Positions 16,672 through 25,015 of a stretch of 64,000 nucleotides of DNA are shown here, piece by piece. Origin of the DNA: an uncultured bacterium (lineage in GTDB: Bacteria > Acidobacteriota > Thermoanaerobaculia > Multivoradales > JAHZIX01); the NCBI GenBank assembly GCA_965368975.1, contig CBDUPA010000004.1:32001-96000 (forward strand). Reading direction: 5' to 3'. Under the pieces are notes generated by a model. That model was not told where the DNA came from and did not search any database. It worked only from the letters and a program-made list of their open reading frames with translations. Position numbers and translations under genes: made by a program. Within the stretch, counting starts at the first letter, position 1, and every line of letters starts with the position of its first letter.

Positions 16672-19014
16672 TCAGGGGCGTTCGATCGGGGGTTCCGCCT
16701 GGCGCTGGATGGGTGGCGGTGAGGCATGTGGCGTACTGGGCGCTATCGGTTGCCAGAGCGACAGGCCACCGCTCGACCCTGGTGGCAGAATGTACAGGCG
16801 CTTGCCGTCGAGCACGGCTTCGGTCGTCTCCAGCCACAGCAGGTGCTCCAGGACCCGCCGCTGCTGTGCCACGGCACCCGCGCGCGCCCGGAAACTCTCG
16901 GCTCGACCATCCGCTTCGGCCACCGCGCCGTCGGCCGTGGCTCTGCTCTCTGCCACCACTACCGCCGCCTCGCCGCGTGCTCGCGGCAGCTGGCTGGCGC
17001 TCGCCTGGTGGGCCTGGTGGATCGTGGTTTCTTTGTCTTCCTTGGCTGACGACACGTCGCGGAACCAGTAGACGCTGTCGCCCGGTGGATGGATGTCGAC
17101 GATGCGTACCGCCGTCACCTCGACCCCTACGTCCAGCGCGTCGAGCTTTGTCTGCAGCGCGGCCGCCACCTCGCGTTCCACTTCCGGCCGCGCCACGGTC
17201 AGCAAGTCGTCGATGGTACCCGACGCCAGGTACCGCCGCGCCGCCGCTTCCGCGTACAGCTCCACGAAGTCCTGGCGATGGTCGACGTCGAAGAAGAACT
17301 TGCGCGGCTCGTCCAGCCGGTAGTGCACCGTGAAGCTCATCTCGACCAGGTTCTCGTCGGCGGTGAAGAAGGTCACCTGTTCCGGGTCCGGATTCATCGC
17401 CGCCACGGGGCTGTGCCATTGCTTCGGGTCGCGGAAGCGTGTCAGTTCCTCGCGCCGCTGCAACAGGTCGAGATCCGTTTGAAAACCGACATCTGCCTTG
17501 CGCGGATAGTGCGCCTGTCGGATTTCCAGGCGTGCAAGCGGAGCTGGTGGTACCCAGTGCAGTCCTGGACCGTAGTGTGCCTCCGTCAGCCTGCCGAAGC
17601 GCAGCAAGAAGCCTTCGCCGTCCACAGGCACCATCACGAAACCGCTGGCCAGCCAGGCGGCCAGAACGAGACCGGCCAAGCCGAGCAGTAGCACGCGCCG
17701 CGACGGCCCTCGCACGCCCAGAGTGTCTCGGGCGCCCGAGAAGCCAGCCCGCATCTCGTGCCAGCCCGCGCGCAGCGCTCCGCGCCAGGCACTGGCCAGG
17801 AGCAGCAGCACCATCAGCACGAAACACACCGTTCCGAACACCGTCCAGCCGCCGTCCTCTCCCGCGAGCATCGGCAGTGCGATCTGCCAGCCGAATGCCG
17901 CGATCAGTGCGTCCAGAGCGAGGCCGGACAGGAGCGATCCGAGCACCACCGCGACCAGGTATACCTGGATGAAACGGCGTCCGAAGGTGCGCGTCAAGAG
18001 CACCACGGATGCCGCATTGGTCGCCGGGCCGGCGAGCAAGAACACCAGCGCTGCCCCCGGGCTCAAGCCCTTGGCCATCAACGCCGCCGCAATCGGCGTG
18101 CTGGCCGACGCACACATGTACAGCGGCACTCCGACTACCACCATCAGCAGCATGGGAGCCAGTCCCGATCCGAGCCCACGCTCCGCCAGGTCGGATGGCA
18201 AGACTGCGCTGAGCACGCCGGCGAGCCCGACGCCGATCACGAGCCAAAATGCGAGGTCGTCGAGCAGTTCGCGGAAGCCGTAGCCCAACGCCGGCTTGAT
18301 CACCGGTTTCCACAGCTCAGCCGGAGCCCGTGATGCTGGCTCCTGTTCTGGGGAGGATGCGGGCTCGGTTCCGGAACCGTCTTCGTCCTGCTTGCGCTTG
18401 CGGCGCGGCAGCCAGCGCCACAGTGACGCGAACCACGCTCGCAACGACGCCAGCGCCTCGTCCGAGCGGGAGTAAGCGATGCCGTGGCTGTGATCCTCGC
18501 CGTCGTGGGAGTGGCCGTCCTCGGCGTGCCCGTCGTGCGAGTGGTCACACCCACAGTCGACTTCGTCCGCCGAGGGCGCGCTGCGGGGCGTGCGTCCGCG
18601 GACCGGCAGGTACGCGATCGCCAGGATGCCCCCGATCACAGCCGTGAAGAACGCCGCAATCGGTCGCACGATCGCCATCACCGGCCCCATCAGGCTCCAG
18701 GTGAAGAGGATCGAGTCGACCCCGGACTCCGGTGTCGTGGTGAGGAACGAAAGACTCGCCGCGTCCGAAGCCTTCTTGCGCTTCAACTCCACCGCGATCG
18801 GTACCACGCCGCAGCTGCACACCGGCAACGGCACCCCGATCAACCCCGCCCACACCACGCCGGACATCCCCGGCCGCCCCATCCACCGCTCGATGAAGCG
18901 CGCCGGCAGCAGCACATGGATGAAGCCAGCCATGATCAACCCGAGCAGCAGGAACGGTGCTGCCAGGTACAGCATGTTGACGGCTTCGACCAGGATGGAG
19001 ATGAGTAGCTGCAT
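16672..19014 (-). CDS. SO_0444/ArsP-like (DUF318) metal permease fused to an HflK-type SPFH domain
   Basis: N-terminal permease motifs LPVCSCGVVP, TTPESGVDS, PLYMCASASTP, GPATN with a His-rich loop CGCDHSHDGHAEDGHSHDGEDHSHG. C-terminal LRFG..GPGLHW, TADEN, DIHPP..FRDVSSAKED, PRARGEA. One continuous ORF. Confidence 0.8.
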   Translation of the reverse strand: MQLLISILVEAVNMLYLAAPFLLLGLIMAGFIHVLLPARFIERWMGRPGMSGVVWAGLIGVPLPVCSCGVVPIAVELKRKKASDAASLSFLTTTPESGVDSILFTWSLMGPVMAIVRPIAAFFTAVIGGILAIAYLPVRGRTPRSAPSADEVDCGCDHSHDGHAEDGHSHDGEDHSHGIAYSRSDEALASLRAWFASLWRWLPRRKRKQDEDGSGTEPASSPEQEPASRAPAELWKPVIKPALGYGFRELLDDLAFWLVIGVGLAGVLSAVLPSDLAERGLGSGLAPMLLMVVVGVPLYMCASASTPIAAALMAKGLSPGAALVFLLAGPATNAASVVLLTRTFGRRFIQVYLVAVVLGSLLSGLALDALIAAFGWQIALPMLAGEDGGWTVFGTVCFVLMVLLLLASAWRGALRAGWHEMRAGFSGARDTLGVRGPSRRVLLLGLAGLVLAAWLASGFVMVPVDGEGFLLRFGRLTEAHYGPGLHWVPPAPLARLEIRQAHYPRKADVGFQTDLDLLQRREELTRFRDPKQWHSPVAAMNPDPEQVTFFTADENLVEMSFTVHYRLDEPRKFFFDVDHRQDFVELYAEAAARRYLASGTIDDLLTVARPEVEREVAAALQTKLDALDVGVEVTAVRIVDIHPPGDSVYWFRDVSSAKEDKETTIHQAHQASASQLPRARGEAAVVVAESRATADGAVAEADGRAESFRARAGAVAQQRRVLEHLLWLETTEAVLDGKRLYILPPGSSGGLSLWQPIAPSTPHASPPPIQRQAEPPIERP

Positions 19015-19083
19015 GGCTCGCGTCCGCAAGGGCGGATAGCGACGTTATCATGGGGCTTGGAGAGCGTTACCTGCTGGAGACAG

Positions 19084-20544
19084 CTATCCGCCCAGCTCCC
19101 CCGTCACCTCGACCGTCTCCCCAGCTACCACCTCGACGTCCAGCTCTCGCTCCGGAGCCCCATCCCGGCGGATCGCCTTGATCGTGACGCGATAACGTCC
19201 CGGTGTCAGCGTGAAGGTCTTCGGGTTGCTGTTGGCGCTGGTGTAGGTTCGGCCTTGCGCGACGGGCTTTCCGGACGCGGCGTCCAGGACGTGGACGGCT
19301 GCGTCGACGAGTTCGGCGCCTACTGTGGCCCCGACCTTCAGCGTGCCGCTGGCGAATCGATGCTCCAGCTCGACGCGCTCGCCGGCCACGGAGACGCCTT
19401 CGAAGCGGTACGTCGGTTTGCCGGAGATCGACACAGAGGCGACCTCGATGTCGTAGGTGCCGGCTTCGAGTCGGAAGACGCGCGGGTTCGTGTTGCTGGC
19501 GGTGTAGGTGCGGCCGGCGGCCACTTGCTTGGTCGTGCCGGCTTGCAGCACGCGGACGGTGGCGTCGCCGAGGTCGCTGTTCTGGTGGACCAACACGGAC
19601 AGTTCGCCGGTGCTGAAGTCGAGTACCTTCTCGACTGTCTCGCCGTCGGCCACGGTGATCTTGAACTCGCGCTGAGGACCGCCGTTGATGCTAACGGCTC
19701 TGGCGACCACGTTGTAGGTGCCCGCGGGCAGCGGCAGGATGCGGGGGTTCGTCTCGGCGTGAGTGTAGGTGCGGCCGCCGGCGATGTCTTCGCCGGTGTC
19801 GGCGTGGGTGACATGGACGCTGACGTCGACGAGTTCGCCGTCCGCGATCGCCTTGAGGGAGAGGGCGCTGGTGGCGGCTTCGTCCTGGACTTCGACGGCT
19901 CGATCGAGGGCGGCGCTCAGCTCTTCGGCGTTGCCGGCGTCGAGGTAGAGACCGCCACCGGCTTGGGCGGCACACTCCAGGGACGATACGTCCTCGCCCT
20001 GGACGTCGAAGCCGACGACGTGCAGCACGATCTCGACGCCAGCCGCGCGCGCGTCGCGCACCAGCTTGCAGGGATCACCGCCGCAGGTCTCGAGGCCGTC
20101 GCTGACCAGGATGAGCGTGGCTCCCTCCGAGGTGCCCGAGCGGACGAGATCGATGCCCTGCTGCAGGGAAGCGGTGATCGGAGTCTTGCCCTTGGGGTTG
20201 AGGCCTTCGACTTGCGCGGTCAACGCCGCCCGATCCAGCGGACCGGGGGCAGTCAGGGTCTCGACGTCGGCGCAGTCCCCCTCGCGGCGGTGACCGTAGG
20301 CGATCAGTCCGACTTGGGTGTCGTCGGGCAGTTCGCTGATCAATTCACCAAGCACTTGCCGCGCGATGACGATCTTGTTGACGCCGTCGATCTGGCCCCA
20401 CATGGAGCCGGAGGCGTCGAGGATCAGGACCAGGTCGTCGCTGTGTGGTGTGCCGGCTTGGGCCTCGGCCCGTGGAGCCAGGAGGGTGGCGAAGACGAGC
20501 AGGCCGAGAATCAGTCTGCTCCGGAAGAGCGAGTTATGGATCAT
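19084..20544 (-). CDS. Secreted von Willebrand factor A domain protein with three C-terminal beta-sandwich repeats
   Basis: Signal peptide, MIDAS DASGSM, TP, SDGLETCGGDPC. Three repeats of GRTYT..NP..F.L..G.Y. Confidence 0.8.
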   Translation of the reverse strand: MIHNSLFRSRLILGLLVFATLLAPRAEAQAGTPHSDDLVLILDASGSMWGQIDGVNKIVIARQVLGELISELPDDTQVGLIAYGHRREGDCADVETLTAPGPLDRAALTAQVEGLNPKGKTPITASLQQGIDLVRSGTSEGATLILVSDGLETCGGDPCKLVRDARAAGVEIVLHVVGFDVQGEDVSSLECAAQAGGGLYLDAGNAEELSAALDRAVEVQDEAATSALSLKAIADGELVDVSVHVTHADTGEDIAGGRTYTHAETNPRILPLPAGTYNVVARAVSINGGPQREFKITVADGETVEKVLDFSTGELSVLVHQNSDLGDATVRVLQAGTTKQVAAGRTYTASNTNPRVFRLEAGTYDIEVASVSISGKPTYRFEGVSVAGERVELEHRFASGTLKVGATVGAELVDAAVHVLDAASGKPVAQGRTYTSANSNPKTFTLTPGRYRVTIKAIRRDGAPERELDVEVVAGETVEVTGELGG

Positions 20545-20620
20545 CGAGAACCTCCCTACGAAAATCATGGATTTGGTAGGTTGATTCTACCCAAGGTCCG
20601 CGACTCCGACATCCTGCCCT

Positions 20621-20655
20621 GAAAACAGAAACGACCCGGACAGTGCCGGGTCGTT
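20621..20655 (-). terminator. Intrinsic terminator downstream of rpsN
   Basis: Perfect stem AACGACCCGG / CCGGGTCGTT followed on the minus strand by TCTGTTTTC. Confidence 0.7.
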
Positions 20656-20693
20656 GGTGTCAGCCGCGTGGGCAGCGCAGGGGAGCTGAGAAC

Positions 20694-20999
20694 TTACCAG
20701 CTGGCCTTGATGATGCCGGGCAGGTAGCCCTCGAGTGCCAGCTCGCGCAGCGCGATACGGGAGAGGCCGAACTTGCGGTAGAAGGCGCGCGGGCGGCCGG
20801 TCACGGCGCAACGGTTGCGCACGCGGGTGGCGCTGGAGTTGCGCGGCATCTTCTGCAATCGGACCATGGCGCCTTCGCGCTCTTCCTCGGTGCGGTTCGG
20901 GTCGGAAATGACCTGCTTGAGCTCCTGGCGGAGGTCCCAGTTGCGCTTCGCGAGCCGCTTGCGCTTGTTGTTCTGTGCGATCTTGGCTTTGGTCGCCAT
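20694..20999 (-). CDS. rpsN: 30S ribosomal protein S14, long zinc-free (C-) type
   Basis: 101 aa, [40 protein letters not shown]. Lacks the CxxC..CxxC zinc finger. Confidence 0.95.
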   Translation of the reverse strand: MATKAKIAQNNKRKRLAKRNWDLRQELKQVISDPNRTEEEREGAMVRLQKMPRNSSATRVRNRCAVTGRPRAFYRKFGLSRIALRELALEGYLPGIIKASW

Positions 21000-21023
21000 G
21001 TGAATCTTGCTCCTTGGTTCTTC

Positions 21024-21098
21024 TCGCCGCCGCGATACTGACGTAGTGGGTATCGCCTCCGCGATCCTGACTTACTGGGTATCGCCTCCGCGATACTT
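21024..21098. repeat. 29-bp tandem repeat (about 2.6 copies) duplicating the 3' end of rpmE2
   Basis: TCGCCGCCGCGATACTGACGTAGTGGGTA / TCGCCTCCGCGATCCTGACTTACTGGGTA / TCGCCTCCGCGATACT starting at 21024, 21053 and 21082. Confidence 0.8.
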
Positions 21099-21323
21099 GC
21101 GCTTGAACTTCTCGATTCGACCCGCGGTGTCCACGAAGCGTTGCTGGCCCGTGAAGAAGGGGTGCGAGGCCGAAGAGATTTCGAGCCGGATCACGTAGTG
21201 GTCGACGCCGTCGATGTTGCGCACTTCCTCGCTGGTCATCGTCGAACGGCTGGCGAACTCGAAGTCGACACTGTGGTCGACGAAGAGAACCGGGTGGTAG
21301 TCCGGGTGAATTTCTGGCTTCAT
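21072..21323 (-). CDS. rpmE2: 50S ribosomal protein L31 type B (zinc-free)
   Basis: [45 protein letters not shown], no cysteines. ATG at 21323. Confidence 0.92.
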   Translation of the reverse strand: MKPEIHPDYHPVLFVDHSVDFEFASRSTMTSEEVRNIDGVDHYVIRLEISSASHPFFTGQQRFVDTAGRIEKFKRKYRGGDTQ

Positions 21324-21404
21324 CGTGGGTTCCTGCTCTTCTTGGTTGGTGGCTCTTACGGGCGGGAGAGCCACGAGAGGGCGAACTCCGGCCGCAGACT
21401 GCGC

Positions 21405-21433
21405 ACATTAACCCAGGGGTGGAGTGCTGTCAA
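21405..21433 (-). promoter_or_regulatory. Sigma70-type promoter for rpmE2-rpsN
   Basis: Minus strand TTGACA-N17-TAATGT. Confidence 0.65.
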
Positions 21434-21490
21434 GGGTGCACCGGGCTGTCCTGCGCGCTTCATGGTGAGCGCAGGATACAATCTTGAACC

Positions 21491-21850
21491 ATGCTCACGA
21501 TACCCCCCGGCTCGATCGTCATTCTGCACCTGGTCAACCCGACCGAGAAGGTCTGGGGCCTGCTCGGAGAGTTGGGACTGCACGGCGTGACGATCCGCGG
21601 GATCAGCGTCAACAGCTTCGACGATTGGGTGGCGCAGGCGGTGCGAGAGGACGAGCCGCGGACGCTCGACCTGGTGACGGTGTTCTTGCCGTTGTTCCGG
21701 CTCGAGAAGATGTACTTGGATGAGCCGGTGGGGGTGGTGGAGAGCTACCAGGAGCGCTTCGAGAAGAGAGTCGGTGTGTCGGTGACGGAGTTTCTGGGAT
21801 TGGAGAGGGTGCTCTCGGTGTCCGATGCGGACTCGCAGTTACCGTCCTGA
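21491..21850 (+). CDS. Conserved hypothetical protein (small, possibly Sm/LSm-like beta fold)
   Basis: 119 aa clean ORF, IVILHLVNPTEKVWGLL..VFLPLFRLEKMYLDE. Fold guess is low confidence. Confidence 0.65.
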   Translation: MLTIPPGSIVILHLVNPTEKVWGLLGELGLHGVTIRGISVNSFDDWVAQAVREDEPRTLDLVTVFLPLFRLEKMYLDEPVGVVESYQERFEKRVGVSVTEFLGLERVLSVSDADSQLPS

Positions 21851-21885
21851 AGTAAGAGAGTCGGCCTGAACCCAGGACGAAGAAG

Positions 21886-21927
21886 CCCCATTCCGCATGC
21901 CCGGGAGGGGAGGTCAGCGGAATGGGG
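21886..21927. terminator. Hairpin between convergent genes
   Basis: CCCCATTCCGC ... GCGGAATGGGG inverted repeat between the hypothetical gene and hsp20. Confidence 0.5.
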
Positions 21928-21972
21928 GTGGTGTCGGGAGCGGGTGGCTCCCGCGGACGTCAGAAGCAGGCT

Positions 21973-22434
21973 TCAGGCGATCTCGACCTTGCGCGGCTTG
22001 GCCTCGGCGGCCTTCGGTAGGGCGACGGTGAGGACGCCGTTCTGGAACGAAGCTTGGATGGCGCCGGCGTCGATCTGGTTGGGCAGCTGGAAGGAGCGAG
22101 TGAACTTGCCGTACAGCCGCTCGATGCGCCGGAAACCTTTGTTGGTGCCGGCGTCGGCGAACTTTCGCTCGCCGCTCAGGGTGAGCACGTTGTCCTCGAA
22201 GGTGAGATCGATGTCCTTCTTGGTCATGCCGGGCAGGTCAGCGTGCAGTTCGAAGCCGTCCTCGGTCTCGCGGAAGTCGACCGGGGGTGCCCAGGAACGC
22301 TCGTTGGCGGTAGCGAGGTTGCGCGGTTCGAGGCCGGCGTTGTTGAAGCCGGCGTTGTTGAGAAAGGTGTCGGCGAACATTTCGAACGGTTCGAATTCGC
22401 GACGGAGTGGGGTCCACTGGATCAGGCTGGCCAT
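21973..22434 (-). CDS. Hsp20/alpha-crystallin small heat shock protein
   Basis: PPVD..ET...ADLPG..DI..NVLTLSGER..RRIERLYGKFTRSF.LP..A.F.NGVLTV.LPK. Confidence 0.92.
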   Translation of the reverse strand: MASLIQWTPLRREFEPFEMFADTFLNNAGFNNAGLEPRNLATANERSWAPPVDFRETEDGFELHADLPGMTKKDIDLTFEDNVLTLSGERKFADAGTNKGFRRIERLYGKFTRSFQLPNQIDAGAIQASFQNGVLTVALPKAAEAKPRKVEIA

Positions 22435-22552
22435 ATCTCGATTCCTCCTGGTGGGTGCTTTGTAGCGGGTGTCGTCTCTCGAGTCGTTGGGAGCCTGGCC
22501 GCAGCAGCCAGGGTTGGCTGCTGCGGGTGGCTCTGCTCGCGGGCTGATCTGT

Positions 22553-23011
22553 TCAGCTGATGCTCAGCTTTCGCGGTTGGGCCTCAGCCGATTTCGGCAG
22601 GGTGACGGTGAGGACGCCGTCTTTGAAGCTGGCCTTGATGCCATCGGCATCAATGTGGGTCGGCACGCGGAAGGAACGGGTGAACTTGCCGTACGAGCGC
22701 TCGATGCGCCGGAAGCCCTTGTCCTCGGTCTTCTCTTCGACGCGGCGCTCACCGTTGAGGGTGAGGACGTTGTCCTCGAAGGTCAGCTCGACATCCTTCT
22801 TGGTCATGCCGGGCAGGTCGGCGTGCAGTTCGAAGGCGGAATCGGTCTCCCGGATGTCGGTGCTGGGGACCCAGCTGCCGCTGTCGGTAGCCAGTGCCGG
22901 TGAGCCTTCGAGGAAGCGGTTGAAGAACCGGTCTGCAAAGGAGCCGAACAGCTGGTCAACCGGGGAGAACGACGGGGTCTGGGTGGTTTGACGGGTCAAT
23001 GCGGTGGACAT
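22553..23011 (-). CDS. Hsp20/alpha-crystallin small heat shock protein (tandem paralogue)
   Basis: ATG 23011 with AAGGAG RBS. Alpha-crystallin motifs are highly similar to the downstream copy. Confidence 0.92.
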   Translation of the reverse strand: MSTALTRQTTQTPSFSPVDQLFGSFADRFFNRFLEGSPALATDSGSWVPSTDIRETDSAFELHADLPGMTKKDVELTFEDNVLTLNGERRVEEKTEDKGFRRIERSYGKFTRSFRVPTHIDADGIKASFKDGVLTVTLPKSAEAQPRKLSIS

Positions 23012-23168
23012 GGTGTTTCTCCTTCTTGGCTTGCGTTCCGATGCCGTCCCGCCGGTTGGCCCTTTCTGGTTGGCCTCTTCTGGTTGGCGGGCCCGGCTCG
23101 GACGAATTGACATTCAAAGCGCCAGGACCTGAGTAATTCTCGCTAAGCAGTTCGTCCTGGCAAGAGAG

Positions 23169-23196
23169 ATCTTAGCATCCACCTCTTAGATGTCAA
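23169..23196 (-). promoter_or_regulatory. Sigma70 promoter of the hsp20 pair, overlapped by a CIRCE-like inverted repeat
   Basis: Minus strand TTGACA-N16-TAAGAT with extended TGn. On the plus strand, TTAGCATC-N9-GATGTCAA at 23172-23196 is an imperfect match to CIRCE (TTAGCACTC-N9-GAGTGCTAA). Confidence 0.55.
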
Positions 23197-23283
23197 CCCC
23201 TCCTTGTTAGATTCTCGTATATCTGAGTGTTGGGTGTGTAGATTTCTGGCTCGACACTTCCAGCTCGTTGGATTTCGGGCACG

Positions 23284-23308
23284 AAAAAGGCGCCCTTGCG
23301 GGCGCCTT
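23284..23308 (-). terminator. Intrinsic terminator after the aldehyde dehydrogenase
   Basis: AAGGCGCCC-TTGC-GGGCGCCTT stem with a T-run on the minus strand. Confidence 0.75.
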
Positions 23309-23335
23309 GAAGCGAAGCGGGGGATAGGTGCGGTG

Positions 23336-24865
23336 TCAGACGTCGAAGGAGACGCCTTGCGCCAGAGGCAGGTCAGCGCCCCAATTGATGGTGTTGGTCT
23401 GGCGGCGCATGTAGGCCTTCCAGCTGTCGGAGCCGGCTTCGCGGCCGCCGCCGGTGTCCTTCTCGCCGCCGAAGGCGCCGCCGATCTCGGCGCCGGAGGT
23501 GCCGATGTTGACGTTGGCAATGCCGCAGTCGCTGCCGGTGGCTGCCAGGAAGCGTTCGGCGGTGCGCAGGTTGAGGGTGAAGATGGCCGACGATAGACCC
23601 TGCGGTACGGCGTTGTGCATCGCCATGACGTCTTCGAACTCGTCGAACTCGAAGATGTAGAGGATCGGCGCGAAGGTCTCGTCGCAGGTGATCGGCAGTA
23701 CTTGGTCGACCTCGACAATGGTCGGCTCGACGTAGAAGCCGGCGCGGTCGAGAACCTTGCCGCCACACAGCACGCGGCCACCCTGCTCCTGGGCCGTGGC
23801 GATGGCCGCCTGCATGCTGTCCACTGCGCGCTGGTTGATCAGCGGCCCCATGAGGGTCGAGGGATCGAGCGGGTCACCAACGCGGATCGAGCCGTAGGCC
23901 TTGACCAGCTTCTGCTTCAGTTCGGCGGCGATGCCGCGCTGCAGGAACAGGCGTCGGGTGCTGGTGCAGCGCTGGCCGGCGGTGCCGGCGGCGCCGAACA
24001 GGATGCCGCGCAGTGCCAGGTCGAGATCGGCGTCGTCCATGACGATCAGGCCGTTGTTGCCGCCCAATTCGAGCAGGGTACGGCCCAGGCGCTGGGCGAC
24101 GGCGGCGCCGACTTCGCGTCCCATGCGTACCGAACCGGTGGCGGAGATCAGCGGCAAGCGGCGGTCGTCGACCAAGGTCTTGCCGACCTCGTCGGCGCCG
24201 GCCACCAGTAGGTTGAAGATAGCTGGTGCCTTGGCCTCCTCGAGGACCTTCTGGGCGATGCGTGTCACGGCCAGCGAGGTCAGTGGTGCCTCGGGCGACG
24301 GCTTCCAGATCATCGAGTCACCGCAGACGGCGGCGATGCAGGAGTTCCAGGCCCACACGGCGACCGGGAAGTTGAAGGCCGAGATGATGCCGATCGGGCC
24401 CAGTGGGTGCCATTGCTCGTACATGCGGTGCTGCGGCCGCTCGGAATGCATGGTCTTGCCGAAGAGCTGGCGCGACAGGCCGACAGCGAGGTCGGCGATG
24501 TCGATCATCTCCTGCACTTCGCCCATGCCCTCGGACAGGATCTTGCCGACTTCCAGGGTCACCAGGCGGCCGAGTGGGTCCTTGTACTCGCGCAGCGCTT
24601 CACCCAGCTTGCGGATCACTTCGCCGCGCGCTGGCGCTGGCCAGGTGCGCCACTCCTCGAAGGCGCAGATACTGCTCTGGACGACCTGCTCGTAGGTGTC
24701 CATGGTGGCCAGGCGGACGCTGGCGATGACGTCGCCGGTGCTCGGGTCGACAGAGTCGATGCGCTCGCCGGTGGTTTCGATCCAGCTGCCGTCGAAGGCG
24801 CCGGGGTTGTCGGCTTTCAGGTCGAAGGTCTCGAGTAGGCCTCGGATGTCACGGCTGTCACTCAT
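23336..24865 (-). CDS. Aldehyde dehydrogenase, ALDH7/piperideine-6-carboxylate (alpha-aminoadipate semialdehyde) dehydrogenase type
   Basis: EGMGEVQEMID, SERPQHRMYEQWHPLG, AFNFPVAVW, LELGGNN, GTAGQRCT, GAEIGGAFGGEK.TGGGRE.GSD.WK.Y, LPLAQG. Confidence 0.9.
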   Translation of the reverse strand: MSDSRDIRGLLETFDLKADNPGAFDGSWIETTGERIDSVDPSTGDVIASVRLATMDTYEQVVQSSICAFEEWRTWPAPARGEVIRKLGEALREYKDPLGRLVTLEVGKILSEGMGEVQEMIDIADLAVGLSRQLFGKTMHSERPQHRMYEQWHPLGPIGIISAFNFPVAVWAWNSCIAAVCGDSMIWKPSPEAPLTSLAVTRIAQKVLEEAKAPAIFNLLVAGADEVGKTLVDDRRLPLISATGSVRMGREVGAAVAQRLGRTLLELGGNNGLIVMDDADLDLALRGILFGAAGTAGQRCTSTRRLFLQRGIAAELKQKLVKAYGSIRVGDPLDPSTLMGPLINQRAVDSMQAAIATAQEQGGRVLCGGKVLDRAGFYVEPTIVEVDQVLPITCDETFAPILYIFEFDEFEDVMAMHNAVPQGLSSAIFTLNLRTAERFLAATGSDCGIANVNIGTSGAEIGGAFGGEKDTGGGREAGSDSWKAYMRRQTNTINWGADLPLAQGVSFDV

Positions 24866-25015
24866 GGCGTTCTCCTCGCGGCGCGAGTCTGCGGGGTCCG
24901 ACTCGGGCTGCTATGCATCTGGTTCCTGTGGAACATCGTTGGGTAAGCGTCGCAAACGCGGCGTGCGGGCCGCGGGACGGGGTTTGGTCGGGGCGGGTTG
25001 GTGACGCAGCCGTGT

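Noticed and set aside
16002-18313. 558-aa and 443-aa alternative-frame ORFs over the permease-HflK/hflC genes
   Set aside because: Low-complexity Arg/Ala/Ser-rich translations of off-frames.
19057-20622. 521-aa plus-strand ORF
   Set aside because: Antisense to the vWA gene; no independent motifs.
21024-21098. Possible mini CRISPR array (29-bp repeats)
   Set aside because: The units are directly tandem with no spacers, they derive from the rpmE2 3' end, and there are no cas genes.
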